Source: Atractiella rhizophila (taxonomy: Eukaryota). From it: DNA of 64,000 nucleotides. Positions 1-12,984 of the stretch are shown piece after piece. Below the pieces are notes generated by a model. The model saw only the letters and a program-made list of their open reading frames with translations, ran no database searches and was not told the DNA's origin. The stretch is taken from positions 62,001 through 126,000 of the forward strand of contig MU271186.1 in NCBI GenBank assembly GCA_021432655.1. The letters are read 5' to 3'. The first letter of the stretch is position 1. Each line of letters begins with the position of its first letter. Both the position numbers and the translations under genes were made by a program.

Positions 1-804
1 GTCTATATTTCACCAGTGGCTTGGTGTGAAGGAGTTTGGATGGGTCCAAAGGATCATCATCATGTTTTAAAATAACTTTTGAGAAATCGTCCAACGAAGC
101 TGCTCTCATGCTGGCCACCAACTCATCTCTGGCCAGCATTGCTTGATGCATGCGCACATCGTGGACTTCGACCATGGCCATTTCGCGTAGAATGAAGGTG
201 GGCACGAAATTGTGCCCTCTTGACAGTGAAAGAGGCACAGAGGGGATGTTGGCTGTTTCATCAGACCAAAAGCCATCTTCAGCCGTTCAAATGGGCCAGG
301 GCAATAATGTTCGAGGTTGCTCCGAACTCTAACGAACGTGCGGACTTGCCAAAACCGTCGATCCAAAATCGTCGAAATCACACAAACCCCAAAAGCGCAA
401 TGTGATGCCGTTATTAAAATGGAGTTTAGCTTGGTTACTTCCTTGCAAACCGTTACAAACAGATCATTGGAACCGGCAACTGGCGGCGATTACCAAAGTC
501 AAAGTCACATTACTGCGCACGGTGAAAACGGCAATCACAACATCCTCTGTTGCGTGCTGTTGTTGACTGTACTTCTTTGGAGCCGGCTTCCTGATTGCCC
601 GTTTGGGTCCATGTCTAGACGGTCCAGTTCGAGTCCAGACAACCTCGACTTGAGAACAGTTTGATTTGCAAGCGGTGGGTGTTCACTGCACGTCGAAACT
701 TGAAACTTCAGGGTGCATTAGGGGTATGTTTGTGCTGACGGTCAGGAGATGCAGGAGCTTGAATCGCGGAGAATAACCTGAAGTCAGAGACGAAGAAACT
801 CAAC

Positions 805-2179
805 ATGCAAACCTCAGGTAGCCCTCAATGGAAGGATGAAACCGCTGTGCCCGACTATCCAATGTTGGGAAAGCACATTGATGCGCTCCAAGCGGCAAAG
901 AAGCTTGTTCTGGAGGAGATCGACTCGAAGGAAGGATGGGAAGGTATCATTCTGGTTCCTCCTACTCTTTGCTCAAAATCTGACTTATTCCACCACACAG
1001 ATCAGGGTGAGCGCGATGGTGTTCACTATTACAGAAAGGACGATCCTACGGACGCATACGCTGTTCCGTTCGTCAAAGGAGTCTGTGAAGTGCGTCTGTT
1101 CCCATTCAAACCGCTAAGCGCTCAAGTTTGTGTGCCAAAGGTGCCGGATTGCACTACAGACGACTATTTGGCCGTTCTACAGTTGGAGGGGATGAGGAAG
1201 ACGTGGGATGATCGTCTTGAAGAGGGCAAGATGGTCGAGCGGTTTGTCCTTCGCTTCTGAAGCACAATTCTATAATGTCGATCATCGATTCATTAGCTAT
1301 CGACTTCGCTCCTTTGCCTTTTATTCCGTCATGAAAGGCTTTGGATGGCTGGTTTGGCCACGAGATATCTTTGGTGCCCAAATCGTCGAACGGGAGGGGC
1401 CGAATGGACGTATTCATGTCATCCAAACCTCTGTCATCGACAAAGAGACACTACCAGAGCAAAGTGGGAAACAGCGAGCCGATCTTAAAGGAGCACTTTG
1501 GCGATTAACGTACGTTCCACCATCACGAAATCACGACACGTTTGACATCATTTGTATTAGTCCCAATGGATCCGGTATAACCGTTGAATACCTCGTTAGG
1601 ATTAGTTTGGGTGGGAGCTTGCCGACAGCGATAGTTTCTCAGCTCGCGAATGAGTTGCCAGGATGTACTGGTCGAGCCGTGCGTCTTCTACCCTTCTGCT
1701 AGCACGAATTGTAAACCTCTTTCATCTTCAGAAAAACACCTTGGCTAAGTGTTAGTTATTCTCGATTCTCCGTGTTGGATCAGAAACACAGCTGAATCTG
1801 CGTTGCAGTTGGACATGCACCTTATGCTCGTGCCGTTGGAGGTGAAGAGAAAGAGTTGGACGTAATCTTCAATGCTGGTACGTTTCTGTAAACACTGAAT
1901 CCAAAGGCTTTTCTCACTGTTGGGGTCATCAAAGAGAGAATTACGACTCCCGATCCAACGAAAGGTTCCGATAGTCGTCACTGGGTCTCTATCTGCAAAG
2001 GAACATCGAAGGCAACAACTTTCGAGGTCGTTTACAGCAAGAAGATGTATCCTGATGGTGTCACCCCTTCTTCAACAGACGAGAGAGTGAAGATTGACGA
2101 CGATGGACAAGGAAAGCTGACCGTGCAGGTACCGGGCGAAGTGGATGGGAGATTTGACATCAATGTTGTTCCGAAATAA
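805..2179 (+). CDS. START/Bet v1-like lipid-binding domain protein (multi-exon)
   Basis: Exon ORFs give PFVKGVCEV...DDYLAVLQLEGMRKTWDDR, YSVMKGFGWLVWPRDIFG and VEYLVRISLGGSLPTAIV, typical of fungal START domains. Short GT-AG introns; TAA at 2177-2179. Confidence 0.75.
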
Positions 2180-2547
2180 GTCTCATATCTACACCAGAAG
2201 AAATCGAAGAAAAGGGGGATTGAGGGGAGAGAAAAATGTTCGGAACAAGACAAATGCAAATATGGGGGCCTGTTTGATTGTACAAGTAGCAAGGACAGAA
2301 AGGTGCTGAAATTGGAAAAACCGTTAGAATGAAGAAATTCGATGAGTTGCACGGAATGGAGAGACTGATCAGAATTCTCAACAGCTTACACCTACTGACG
2401 CGTCCTCTGACCACAAAAAAGGAAAGAGTCTGTATACCCAGAATACATATTTTTGGTTAGTATGGAATCACAAATATTTCGTTAATCGCGAGAAACGGAG
2501 TGGGCAAGGTAATAAAAAGTTCAAGAAACGACCAGGCGATCATTCGT

Positions 2548-4390
2548 TCAAAACCTTTGAACTCGAACAATGTTTTCTTTAAGTTTCAACCCAGGAAGTG
2601 TTTCCAGCGCCGTGTCCACATTCTGAGAATACCAATCAGCAAAGCGGTCAACGTAAATGGAAGGAAAGGCAGCGAACCTTGACATATTGGAATTCGACTA
2701 CTCCTTCTCCAGGAGAATATCTATGACAATCGGCGTACCAGACTGGAGCAGCTTGTTTCGCCCATTCCGCCAGTTCTTCGGCTGTCACAACATGTGGTAG
2801 ATTGCGTAAAAGAATTCGCGCAGATTCCACTAGAACCAATATCAGTTCAGTTAATTCAATGAGCAGACGACTTACTTTCAAAAGAGGGTCCAATCATGAG
2901 CGTAGACGCTTCTTCAGGCTTATTTTCCGGCTCCTCATGCTCAGGAGTCTGAACTCGGGAAGGATTGTTGGAGACATCTGCAATTATATGTCAGTGCCAC
3001 CCATCAATGGCATGGGCGAGGCGCACTAGCAGTGTGAAACGAAGACAAACTGTTAGCGTTGGCAGCGGGGTGCTCCACGTCTTCCACGTCGTCTCCATCG
3101 ACGAGAACAAGATTGCTCACGCCTTTGCCGACAGCAGAATGCCCGCTGCTCGATTCGGATTCCGGCGCCATGTTACCGGGAGGATCTTGGTTCCTCCGCT
3201 CTCCATCATCGTTCGCATCACTCATCATTCTTTGGCGTTTGGGCTCCGGAAGAATGGGCATGTCGCGGTCGCCCTCTTCGCCGTCTTCCAAGTCATGTTT
3301 GACGGTCCTGCCATGAAAGTCCTGCGTGACGGAATAAGGAGTTTGTGGAGGTTCGACATCCATGTCCCGTCTTTCTTCAGCAAGTTCGTCCATCTTCCTC
3401 TTCCTCATTCCTCCCACCTGTGTACTGTCAAAGCCAGTATCTACGGGGCTTCTCCTGGAAAGACGCCGAGCAAGAATAGGTTCCTCGCGATCGCGATTAG
3501 GTCTATAAGTATCAGATTTGCGAAAGCTCTGGTTTTGATTTCTGTCGCTTGCGTTCTGGTTTCGGTCATTACGATCGTTGTAGTGACCTCTATCGTTATA
3601 GGGGTTACGATCGTTAAAACCATTGCGGTCGTTGAATGAGGTTCGGCCGCTGTTGCGATCGCGAGGGAAATTGCGCGAGTTGTGAGGAGGACTTTGCGCG
3701 TTACCGTCGACTTTCGCCCAGGAAGCGGTGATTGGAATAGTGTTGCAATTCAGTCGGCGCCTGATGGAGCATTGGAGAGCCTCTTCAGCATCCTACACGA
3801 TGGTCAATTTGTGTTCTCTGAACATGGGAGGAAGACTTACGCCTTCCTAAAACATGAACCGGTGGCAAAGTCATAGGAGTCAGTTGTGTCCGGTTGACGA
3901 AGATGGAAGCAGGCAGGTGAAATTCAAATCATTGGTTGATAAACTCGTAAAGGGAGATGTCAAACTCAAAGTTCGATAAAATCATCGGGACTGGGAACCA
4001 AATGCGGTGAAGCTGGTGGAAAATCGTTCGAGTTCTGGGGCAAGATAATAGAGTCTCGTCTTTATCGATCAAAGTCTTTTCTCAGACAGTCCATTCCATC
4101 GATATCAAGAGAAATTCAGAGCTTCACGGTCCCAAAAGCTTCATCAACGTAACTAACGCAAATGAACCCACCTCTCTGAAGACGACAAAGGCATAATTTT
4201 TCGATTTGATAGGTATATCGACCCTGAGAATGGGTCCAAAAGTCGACATGGTAGTTGTCAGTCCATTACAATCGACGTCCGCGTGAGGAGGATATGTGCA
4301 GTAGAGCTTGTTTTCATGCAACCCCGCTGGTTTCTTTGTGGACTGGTTTCGAGTGTCCGGATTCTTCGAGTAGGGGATCCTTGGAGGCAT
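2548..4390 (-). CDS. SR-like RNA-binding protein with two RRMs and an R/D/N-rich linker
   Basis: N-terminal RRM (FGPILRVDIPIKSKNYAFVVF). C-terminal SR-type pseudo-RRM (ILLRNLPHVVTAEELAEWAKQAAPVWYADC...GEGVVEF). Stop position approximate. Confidence 0.7.
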
Positions 4391-4708
4391 GGTGAAAGGC
4401 GATTCCTGGGTACGAGAGAGCAGTTGGTCGCTTTTGAGAGGGCGAGACAAAGGAAGCCAACGAATAACTTCTGTTTGTTTGTCCAGGGCGAGCAACAACG
4501 TCCGTGCGTTCGGACATACGCGGACCAGATTCGTCCTCGTCGTCTTGCGGATCCGCAGGCGGACGGAAGTACTCGTGCTCTCCCTTCTCCGAATAACCCG
4601 GAAATAGGATGGTTTGAATAGGATGGTTTCTGATGGTCTTAACTTTGCCCTTTTCAACCATTTACCACCTTGCTGTTTGGCCTTCAGAGCCAGGAGGAGT
4701 CCTCGAGA

Positions 4709-6985
4709 ATGTCTCAGAGTCTCTTGTTAAATCGAAGGACGAAAGGAGCGGTCGTAGTGCTCGCTGCTTTCGCTTTCCTGTTGTTTGCTTTGTGGTCGCG
4801 TTCTTTGGATGACAACTCTTGGACACTCCCAACACACGACATTCAGTTCGAGCGAATAGACGACATATACGTTCATGCGGTCCCAGAAGCTTCGAGGAAC
4901 CCGTATCCCGTTCATCCTATCCACTCGTTGATGCTGGATGCACGTAAACAGTGGGAAGCAAAGCTTGCAAGCGCTAGCAGCACTTATGAAGAAGCCGTCG
5001 TTGAAGTGAGTGTACTCACACCCTCGATATTTCATTCCTTCACGAAGCTTTCAGTACCAAAGGCGGTATCGGCGTTCTCCTCCTGAAGGATTCAGAAATT
5101 GGTTCACGTTTGCTAGAGAACATGGCGTGCAGCTCATTGACGAGTACGACCCGGTCATGGAGTCCATTCGTCCTTTCTTCGGCCTTGTAAGGAGCGACCT
5201 AAATGTGTGAACGATCTAATGCTTCTCTGCAGTCAGCAGACGAAATATTGCGGCGGAAGAAGTGGCTCATGGAAGGTGAATGGAAGGACTCCTATGCCCT
5301 AATGCGCATCCGTCGAGGAAGAATACTCGAACCCCTCGGTGCTACTTGGCGTAAAGATATTACGGATGGCCTCACAGAAATGATGGAACCGTTTGCGAAA
5401 TATTTGCCCGACATGGAGTTCGCCGTGCATTTACATGATTCATACCGTACCAGACTGGATTGGAGTGTGAGTCTCTCTCCCCTTTCTTGTCTACCGCTCT
5501 CGAACTTCTGGATAGGTGAGGAACGCGTACTGTGAAGCAGGCGACAAAGGAATGCGTATGCTTCTTCGTGGTCTGATCCCTTATTGTTCCCTTAAGGTTG
5601 TGGGCCAGTCGCAAACGAGGACGAGCTTCAGATTGATGGAAATACACCGTAAGTTACCTCATAGCATCACATAACTTTCCATGGAGATGTTAACTTTTTT
5701 TGGTTCAGGTGGTCGCACAAAGAGCGTCTGTGTCCTCCCAACTCACGCTTTCATCGCTCCGTCCTTGGTTTCGATGACATACTCCCAACAACGGATCATG
5801 TGGGTCCACCCTTCGTCAAAGACCACAGAAAAGCAATGGATTATTGCAACAATGACTTCATGTTTACGCGACACTCAGGTGTGTATTTATCTCGAACGTT
5901 TACCACTTTTACATATCCTTTAATTACTTAGGCGCTTTGACGCTCGATACTTACTTAACCAAACTTTATCCAAGTTTCGCTATGTCTGGAGCAGGTAGCT
6001 TTCCCATTCTTTGTATGTTTACAAAAGGCTGAAGCATATCATGCAGCCTTTACAGGCGACCTACTCTTCCCTCCTCCGATACAGTACAACCTCAATCCAA
6101 AGAATGAAATGGCGTTCGACGAAAAGCCGTACCACAAACTACTTTGGCGTGGATCTCTAGATGGGGTCTCGGTGCAATGGTATGTGTGAGCTCGCTTAAT
6201 GGTCAGTAATACTCATTTGAGTGGAAGGTGGACACCATGGCGTTCAACCCACCGTTTTCGGCTCACTTCGCTCTTCAATTCGAAAGACACCTCTCCTCGC
6301 TCCATCCGTGCCACTCGCAAGGACTACCGTGGAAAAGAATATCAAGTGGATGTCCTCACCAGCTTGAAAGAGCTCAACGAGCGATTTTCAGGCGTGAGAG
6401 CGACTGGGAAAGCCGTTCAGTGCGAACCTATGCTTTGCGATTTCCTTAATAATGTGACGCATTTTGAGGAGAAGATATCGAAAGAAGAAATGAGCAGGTA
6501 TCGATATGTGTTTGATACGGATGGGAACTCGTACTCGGCTAGATTTAGAACTCATCTTCAGAGTAACCAGGTGGTGCTGAAGTCGACCGTATTCTCGGAA
6601 TGGTAAGTTGGCCTGCGTTCTAAGTTCGTTTATTTCTGAGATTGTATCAGGTATCAGCCGAAGATCCAAGCTTGGCTTCATTACGTTCCGATACGATTGG
6701 ACTACCAGGACGCTTATAATGTCCTCGCCTTCTTCGATGGATATGGAGAAAATAGGGAAGGGAATCACGATGATCTTGCGCGTTCGATTGCCGAGGAAGG
6801 GAAGGAGTGGGCTTCCAAATTCTGGAGAATGGAGGATATGCAAACGTGTGCGTCCCTTTTCTCTTCCTCATCACCCTCACGGCTATGTAACTGGGAATGG
6901 GTATGCAGACTTGTTCAGACTACTGTTGGAGTATGCAAGAGTTCTCCAGCCTGACAGATCGCCTCTTTTAGATCATACAACCTAG
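4709..6985 (+). CDS. Glycosyltransferase family 90 (CAP10/Cxt1-like xylosyltransferase), type II membrane protein
   Basis: N-terminal TM; HPIHSLMLDARKQW...YQRRYRRSPPEGFRNWF...IDEYD; YRYVFDTDGNSYSARFRTHLQSNQVVLKSTVFSEW; RLLLEYAR. Confidence 0.88.
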
Positions 6986-7347
6986 GATTCGTCTTTCTTG
7001 ACGTAGGAGGCGGTTTGCTTCCTTTCAAAGTTTCAGAACTGGACAATGTGTTCTGTAGATTTGTCAGTAAGTAGATTGTGTATAGTAAACGCCATTGCGT
7101 TTCGTGATACAAAATGTGTATTTCACATAAGAACACACATTCTGACCTTCCGACCAGAAAATACTGCATTTACAAATTCGTTCAGGGGAAGAACAAGCCA
7201 TTGGCGGGCGGAGATACCAGCAAAAAGTTGGAAGGTAGCTCAACGTCAAAACAGGAACAGGTGTTCATATCTCCAGCCAGAAGCTCTGCCAAAAGCTGCG
7301 AAGGCCAGGAGAAAAGGAAATTGTGAGGACAAGAGACGTTATAAGCG

Positions 7348-8528
7348 ATGGTGCGCGATTTCACGGCAGGAATAACTTGCTAACTCCTCTTCAGGGATCG
7401 AACAAGCTCGATCTTCAGAAACGGCAGCACAGGGAGAGAGGGCAGTTGGGACATCGCAAGAAGCTAGGACTGCTTGAGAAGCACAAAGACTATGTTTTGC
7501 GAGCGAGAGATTATCATGCGAAGCAGGAGCGATTGAAGAAGCTCGCTCTGAAAGCTTCTGCAAGGAATAAGGATGAGTTTTATTATGGGATGATTAAGGG
7601 GAAAACGAAGGTGCGTCTCTTTTCTTGCGTGCTACGGGGGTTTGGGCAATGGGCTATATTCTTGAATATGTTCAGTTCACCCAACCCCGTTAAATGTCTG
7701 AACAACCGAATGTGGTGCCTTCAGAGCAAGCTGACCATACTCTTTAGGGAGGAGTACACATTGGTAGCCGAGGCAACAGCAGTCTCCCCATAGACCTAGT
7801 TAAAATCCTAAAGAGTCAAGATGCGGGCTACGTGCGAGTTCTTGCAGCTACGGAAGAGAAGGTGAGCTCACTCCCTCGCCCGTTTGAACTTTTTTCTGAG
7901 CCAAGACAGAAAATCAACCGTCTACGGGAAGAGTTAAACACGCACTTATCTTCTGAGGATCGAACCCAAAACGATTCCGATATCGACACAGAATTCGGCT
8001 TCAGTTCAGGGAAACAGACCGTCAAGCGAAAGCGGATTGTCTTTGCAGATACTGAAGATGAAGGTTGGTTATTAGTCTTCTTTTATTTTATGTTCTAAAG
8101 GTTATGTAGTAAAATCCCTAGCTAAACGTGCAAGGAAGGAGCAAGCTCCCAAACCCCCGTCGAAAACAAAACCATCCACTGAATTTGAGGACGACTTCAG
8201 CTCAAATGAGGATGAAGCCGGCAGCGTACCCGCCGATCTGGATACCGTTACCTTTCCCTCGATACAAGCTGAGCTTGAAGCGCGGCAATCCCGTCTCTCC
8301 TCTCTCAAACGAGCGTTACGAGAAATGGAGATGCAGCAAGCACTGATGGGACGGGGGAGTCGGAAGGAGGTTGTTCACGCGAAAGAGAAGGGAACACGGA
8401 CAGAAGATGAGGATCCGGAGGAAGTTTTCAACTCGAAAGGCAAGAGTAAGGTGGTACCGAAACCGTTAGAGAAGGGCATGGCGACAGGGGCGAGGGTGTG
8501 GAAGTGGAAAAGCGTTAGACGGAAATAA
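7348..8528 (+). CDS. UTP11: U3 snoRNP/SSU processome protein Utp11
   Basis: RQHRERGQ..RKKLGLLEKHKDYVLRARDYH..RNKDEFYYGM and C-terminal VWKWKSVRRK. The first coding exon is ATG only (intron 7351-7394). Confidence 0.95.
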
Positions 8529-8694
8529 TGTATGGTATGAACTTATGACATTGCATGTGATCGTTATGTATCATTGGTACGAAGCCATGTACCATATCGA
8601 GGATTGTTTTGACCGCTACCATATACATAGGAAGCATTTACGAATCTTGGACGTGCATGTAAACGCAGGGTAAACATCTAACCAACAGACAGGT

Positions 8695-9729
8695 CTAAAG
8701 CTGTTCCCTAAGCAAACTCTCCCTCCTTGTACTGTCCCCTCTGGCACGAACAGTGATCGCTCTCCCCTTCAGCGGAGCCACTATCTTGCCCTTCCTCACC
8801 ATCTGCATCTCCAACACCAGCATTGTCATTCCCCTCCCATTTTGTAGCACCCTGATCGGCCGCCTGGTAAACAGTCCAACGGTATCGGAACTGGTTGAAG
8901 TGGGGAGGGGAGAGAAAGTAGACATTTGGACGAGCATGGGAACTTTCCGACGAGGTTTTGCAGGTGGTACTGGAGGAGGTGGGAGGGAGGCGGTGGAGGA
9001 TAAACCGTGAGAAAGACGCCGTGGCCCTTCGCAAGGGAAGTCGTCTGTAAAGTCTGGTAGATTGGGAAAGTCGGGAAGGAAGAGGAGGACGAAGTCCTTC
9101 AGTGCATGGGAGGCGGACATGAAGGGAAGTGGAGGTAAAGTAGGCAGGGAGAGTTGGAGAGAACGGCGACGCATGTGCTTCGTCGGCGAGGATCGTTTTG
9201 GCGTTATGGTCGGCATGGATGCTGTGCGAGGGACGCGACTGCGCGGCGGAGGAGGTGGAGAAAATGACAAGGGTTGAAGAGGTTCGAAGACAGCTGAGAG
9301 CGGATGGGATGGAGCAGATAGAGATTGGGAACGGCGATGTGACAAAACCCGTTCCTTCCCTTTCCGCCTGTCTATCGAAGACGAAGTGGAAGAAGGTGTA
9401 GACAAAGCGTCGTAACTGCGTTCCGTTTCCGTTCCAATTAACCAAGAAGGAACATTGCGGCGCCGTGGCGTCGTGGGCTCTTCCTCCTCCTCCTCAAAAA
9501 GCGGTTTTCTCTCATCAAAGAAGTAGTCTCCCTCTGCTTCTTCCTCAGTAGACGTGGACGTGAAACTGGACAAGGTCGCAACCGGGGATGGTGATCTGTC
9601 GAGTGTGAGCTTGCTGGTAGAAGGGCCATCCGAACAGATAACTGGAGGTACGATGACAGGGCTTTTGAGAAACGCAGGTTGCCCCAGATAATTACTTTCT
9701 TGGTCGTCTGAGTTATAGACCAACACCAT
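8695..9729 (-). CDS. Hypothetical Ser/Pro-rich protein, single exon
   Basis: 344-aa ATG-started ORF, low complexity, with a more ordered C-terminus (LEMQMVRKGKIVAPLKGRA). Confidence 0.7.
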   Translation of the reverse strand: MVLVYNSDDQESNYLGQPAFLKSPVIVPPVICSDGPSTSKLTLDRSPSPVATLSSFTSTSTEEEAEGDYFFDERKPLFEEEEEEPTTPRRRNVPSWLIGTETERSYDALSTPSSTSSSIDRRKGKERVLSHRRSQSLSAPSHPLSAVFEPLQPLSFSPPPPPRSRVPRTASMPTITPKRSSPTKHMRRRSLQLSLPTLPPLPFMSASHALKDFVLLFLPDFPNLPDFTDDFPCEGPRRLSHGLSSTASLPPPPVPPAKPRRKVPMLVQMSTFSPLPTSTSSDTVGLFTRRPIRVLQNGRGMTMLVLEMQMVRKGKIVAPLKGRAITVRARGDSTRRESLLREQL

Positions 9730-10531
9730 CGTCGAAGTCTACCCACGGCACAGTTACCCCAACACCAGAATCCCAAAACAAGGGCTTACCTTGGCTATTC
9801 CTTGTCTCTTTACTTTCCAACCACCACGACTTGCTGAAGGAGAAATTGCGGGACTCTAAAGGGCTGGGGACTGCTTTTGAGGACGGTCAGACGGAGTCAT
9901 GAGCTTTGAAATAGCAGCGGCTCGAAGGTCGGGTTGGTTGGAAATGCTCACGCGCCACACGATAAGCTGTTGAGTGTTCGGAGCCGAAGTGTCGTCCCCA
10001 CCGCGAAGGTTGACACGCAAGCAAAACGTAAAAACTTAAAACTTTTCGCCCTTGTTTGGGAACAGTGCACATGATTTGTGACACTCCAAAGCCTTGATGC
10101 CAGCATGTTAGACGAGCATCTGTAGAAGTAGCGAACAGTTTACGGTGTGCTCTGGTCAGGGATGAAGCATCAGTGAAGCGAGCACTAACGACCCTCACGA
10201 CCCTCACTTTGATGACATGCGCTGACAGAAAGTGGGTCTGACTCGGAACCTGAGTCAGTGGGAAGAAAAATAAATTGTGCATCAAAGATTTGCTGTTTGA
10301 TTTGGTTTGACTTGTGCAACTTTGTTCCTTTGTGCGCTTATGTTCAGTGACCCCAAAATGTTTCACGAGGCCAAAAAGTCGATGATGATGGCATAGGGAA
10401 CATAATGAAAACAATGCATAGGCAAAGCAGGAACATGATGCATAGACAAAGCATGACTACTTCCTAATACTTCAGCTTTACTACACGTGAGCACTGGGAA
10501 ACAGACATACAAAGTAAGGAGATAGAATCAT

Positions 10532-12246
10532 TCAGGAGGCACTCGAGCTGCTGGCACCATTATTACCATGAGGTTCACTGTTCCCTCGTTTCGCCTTCTT
10601 CCGAAACGAGATTGACACTCCACCAGCCTTCACGATTGGAGGTTGCTTATTCGCGTCCCTGTTTGCGTACGCATATCTCTCGACCGTCCAATTCTCTTTC
10701 CTCCAAAACGGAACAAATTCTCCCGGTTCAGGAGGAACGTATGGAGTGGGATCAGGGGTAGAAATCCCCTCCACGAAAGCTGCAGGTTGTGTCAGCCAGA
10801 ACCAAAGGAAAGAAGAGGTGGATGAGCTCACGGATGTAGGGATTGTTTGGATTCTGGCCTACCTCTGGAGGTGTATCGGGAAGCTCAGCTGGAGCAGTAG
10901 GTTGGAGCATGGGAGGGAGTGGTCCGCGTGTGTGTGGCCCTTGACGAGGAGGAACCGGATGCCGTCTGCGCCTTTCGAGATCTCGTTCGTAGATTTGCTG
11001 CCATCGATTGACCCAGCGTTCATTCGCCTCTCGCTGTTCGGGAGGCGGACGGGAGGGGTTCGAAGCTCGCCTCGAGGATTCTGGATGACCGTCACGGATA
11101 TGAGCACGGCTGCGTTGATATCAGTTCACCTGCTGAGATACAAGAGCAATGAGAAAATTGAGAAAGTACCAATTGGGACACCGATCGCATCTCTGAAGCC
11201 ATGGTACCAAACACTCCTTGCAAAAAGCATGCGCACAGTTCAGAAGCGTCACCTCTTGGTCCAACCTCCATTCCTCTTGACAGATCGTGCATTTGTCCGC
11301 CATCATTTTCACCTTCCCCAGCTGTATTGCAGTCAGTCTCACCGTCTTAAGTTTCTTGATGTCCTTCGGGTCTGCCGGTCGTTCTTCCACTCGCTGCATG
11401 TTCTCTCGCGTTTCGTTCATCAGGTTTTCAACATCCTGCTCTGTCCCAAAATCGCTCGTGAATTGCTGAGGAGCAGAACTGCTATTGTTACGGCCACCGG
11501 CGGAGGTCGATGCGACAGGAGTGCTGTTGCGATGCGATCTGCCAGATGGCGGTTCACGAGGAGCCTCAAACAGGTTTCTGATCACGTTGGCGAACGTTGG
11601 GATATCGCTAGAGGCATCACCTCCCTCAGTTGCTAGCCGTTCAGCAAATTCACGATCTGCCGCCTCCTGTTGCCTTCGTCGCTGCTCTTCAGGACTCCTT
11701 GAAGGCCCAGAATAAGACGGTGGTCTTTGCGGGGTCCAGGACGGAGAGAATGGATCGTTGTATGGACTGGGAAAACTGTGACTTCTGGTGCTTGGTCCTC
11801 GGAAGTTGGGATTCCCTCCATAATTTCCACCTGTGCTCCTCCCTCAGCGCTCTAATTCCAAATTGGACGGTGGCAACATACCAGATCTGCTGCTACGCCC
11901 CATGTCCACCTGTGTAGTATTCTAAGCTGCTGCACATCACAACGGAACAACCCACCTGGACCAGGAGCGCCTGCTGTGGGCAACCTATGCATACTTGTTG
12001 ATGTGGTGGGAGCCATGGTTGAGGAGGTCCTTGATACGGCATTCCACAGGCCTCCAAAAACATTCAGGATGACGACTTTTTTACCAGAGGATGAATACAT
12101 ACACGGCACCTGTGAGTGATACGATGAGGATCACGATAGACTTGAGGAGGTGGTGGACGCATATCGTTCAATCCGAAGGAAGCAAGGGCTTCCTCTGCCA
12201 CTTCACGAAGAGCTCGAGCGGCAGAGCGAGGTAGATTGGCAAGCAT
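10532..12246 (-). CDS. RING-H2 E3 ubiquitin ligase-like protein (multi-exon)
   Basis: CTICQEEW..LNCAHAFCKECLVPWLQRCDRCP RING motif at ~11180-11290. Start uncertain. Confidence 0.75.
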
Positions 12247-12428
12247 TGACTTCTTATATTCGGGTGCCGCAGCAGTCAAGCCCTTGTCATGGACCTTGAT
12301 GAAGCCCTATATCTTTTGTCGCCTTCACTGTCCCTTCAAAAAGACAAAGATGCGGACGTGACATGAAAGGGCAACTGGCAAGCTGTAAGCTCAGAGTTCG
12401 GGCCTTAAACAGAACTAAGTTCTTGCTG

Positions 12429-12486
12429 TTATGCACAGCCATTAAACATACTATTCTATTATGCTGCTTATGCACAGCCATTAAAC
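12429..12486. repeat. 19-bp direct repeat TTATGCACAGCCATTAAAC x2 in an AT-rich intergenic region
   Basis: Copies at 12429-12447 and 12468-12486. Confidence 0.9.
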
Positions 12487-12984
12487 TATATTATTCTCGA
12501 ACAACGAACGCGTAGGCATGTTCGCCTTGTAGTAAAGGCCGCGAGAAACAGACAACCTAGAAGTAGAAATAGTTTTTTCTCAAAAGAACATAAGCAGTGA
12601 GTCTATTCATTACCTTTTAAGCAATTGCTCCTGTAAGAGTTCAGCATACTTTGTTTATACTCAGAAAGAGAAGTGTTAAGTGCCATCTTAGGATATTACT
12701 GTGATCGCTTGAGATTGTCGGCACTGTGGGATTGTCAGAATACCACATCTACTTCTTTAGGATGTGAAGCAGTTTGGGGAACGCGTTCGAGTTCTGCAAC
12801 GAGTTTGTGCCACCACTTAGGTCTTCGAATATATGTTAACTACGCAAGAAAAATTTGCTTGCATTTTTTCCAATTTCGGCAACACCTCCTTCGAAAGAAT
12901 TCGACGGTTGATCACACCTTCAGAATTGGACAAGTGGCTGGATGAAGTTTGGCCATATATTGACGTATCTTTCCCTAGAAAGAA

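Noticed and set aside
1..720. Possible 5' part of a minus-strand gene running off the window
   Set aside because: Splice-like signals are present, but no consistent model or family could be built.
2965..3639. 224-aa plus-strand ORF with a hydrophobic tail
   Set aside because: Antisense shadow of the R/D-rich region of the RRM gene.
10746..11636. 296-aa plus-strand ORF
   Set aside because: Antisense to the RING gene, with no motifs.
12429..12486. Spaced direct repeat as a CRISPR-like array
   Set aside because: Only two copies, eukaryotic context, no cas genes.
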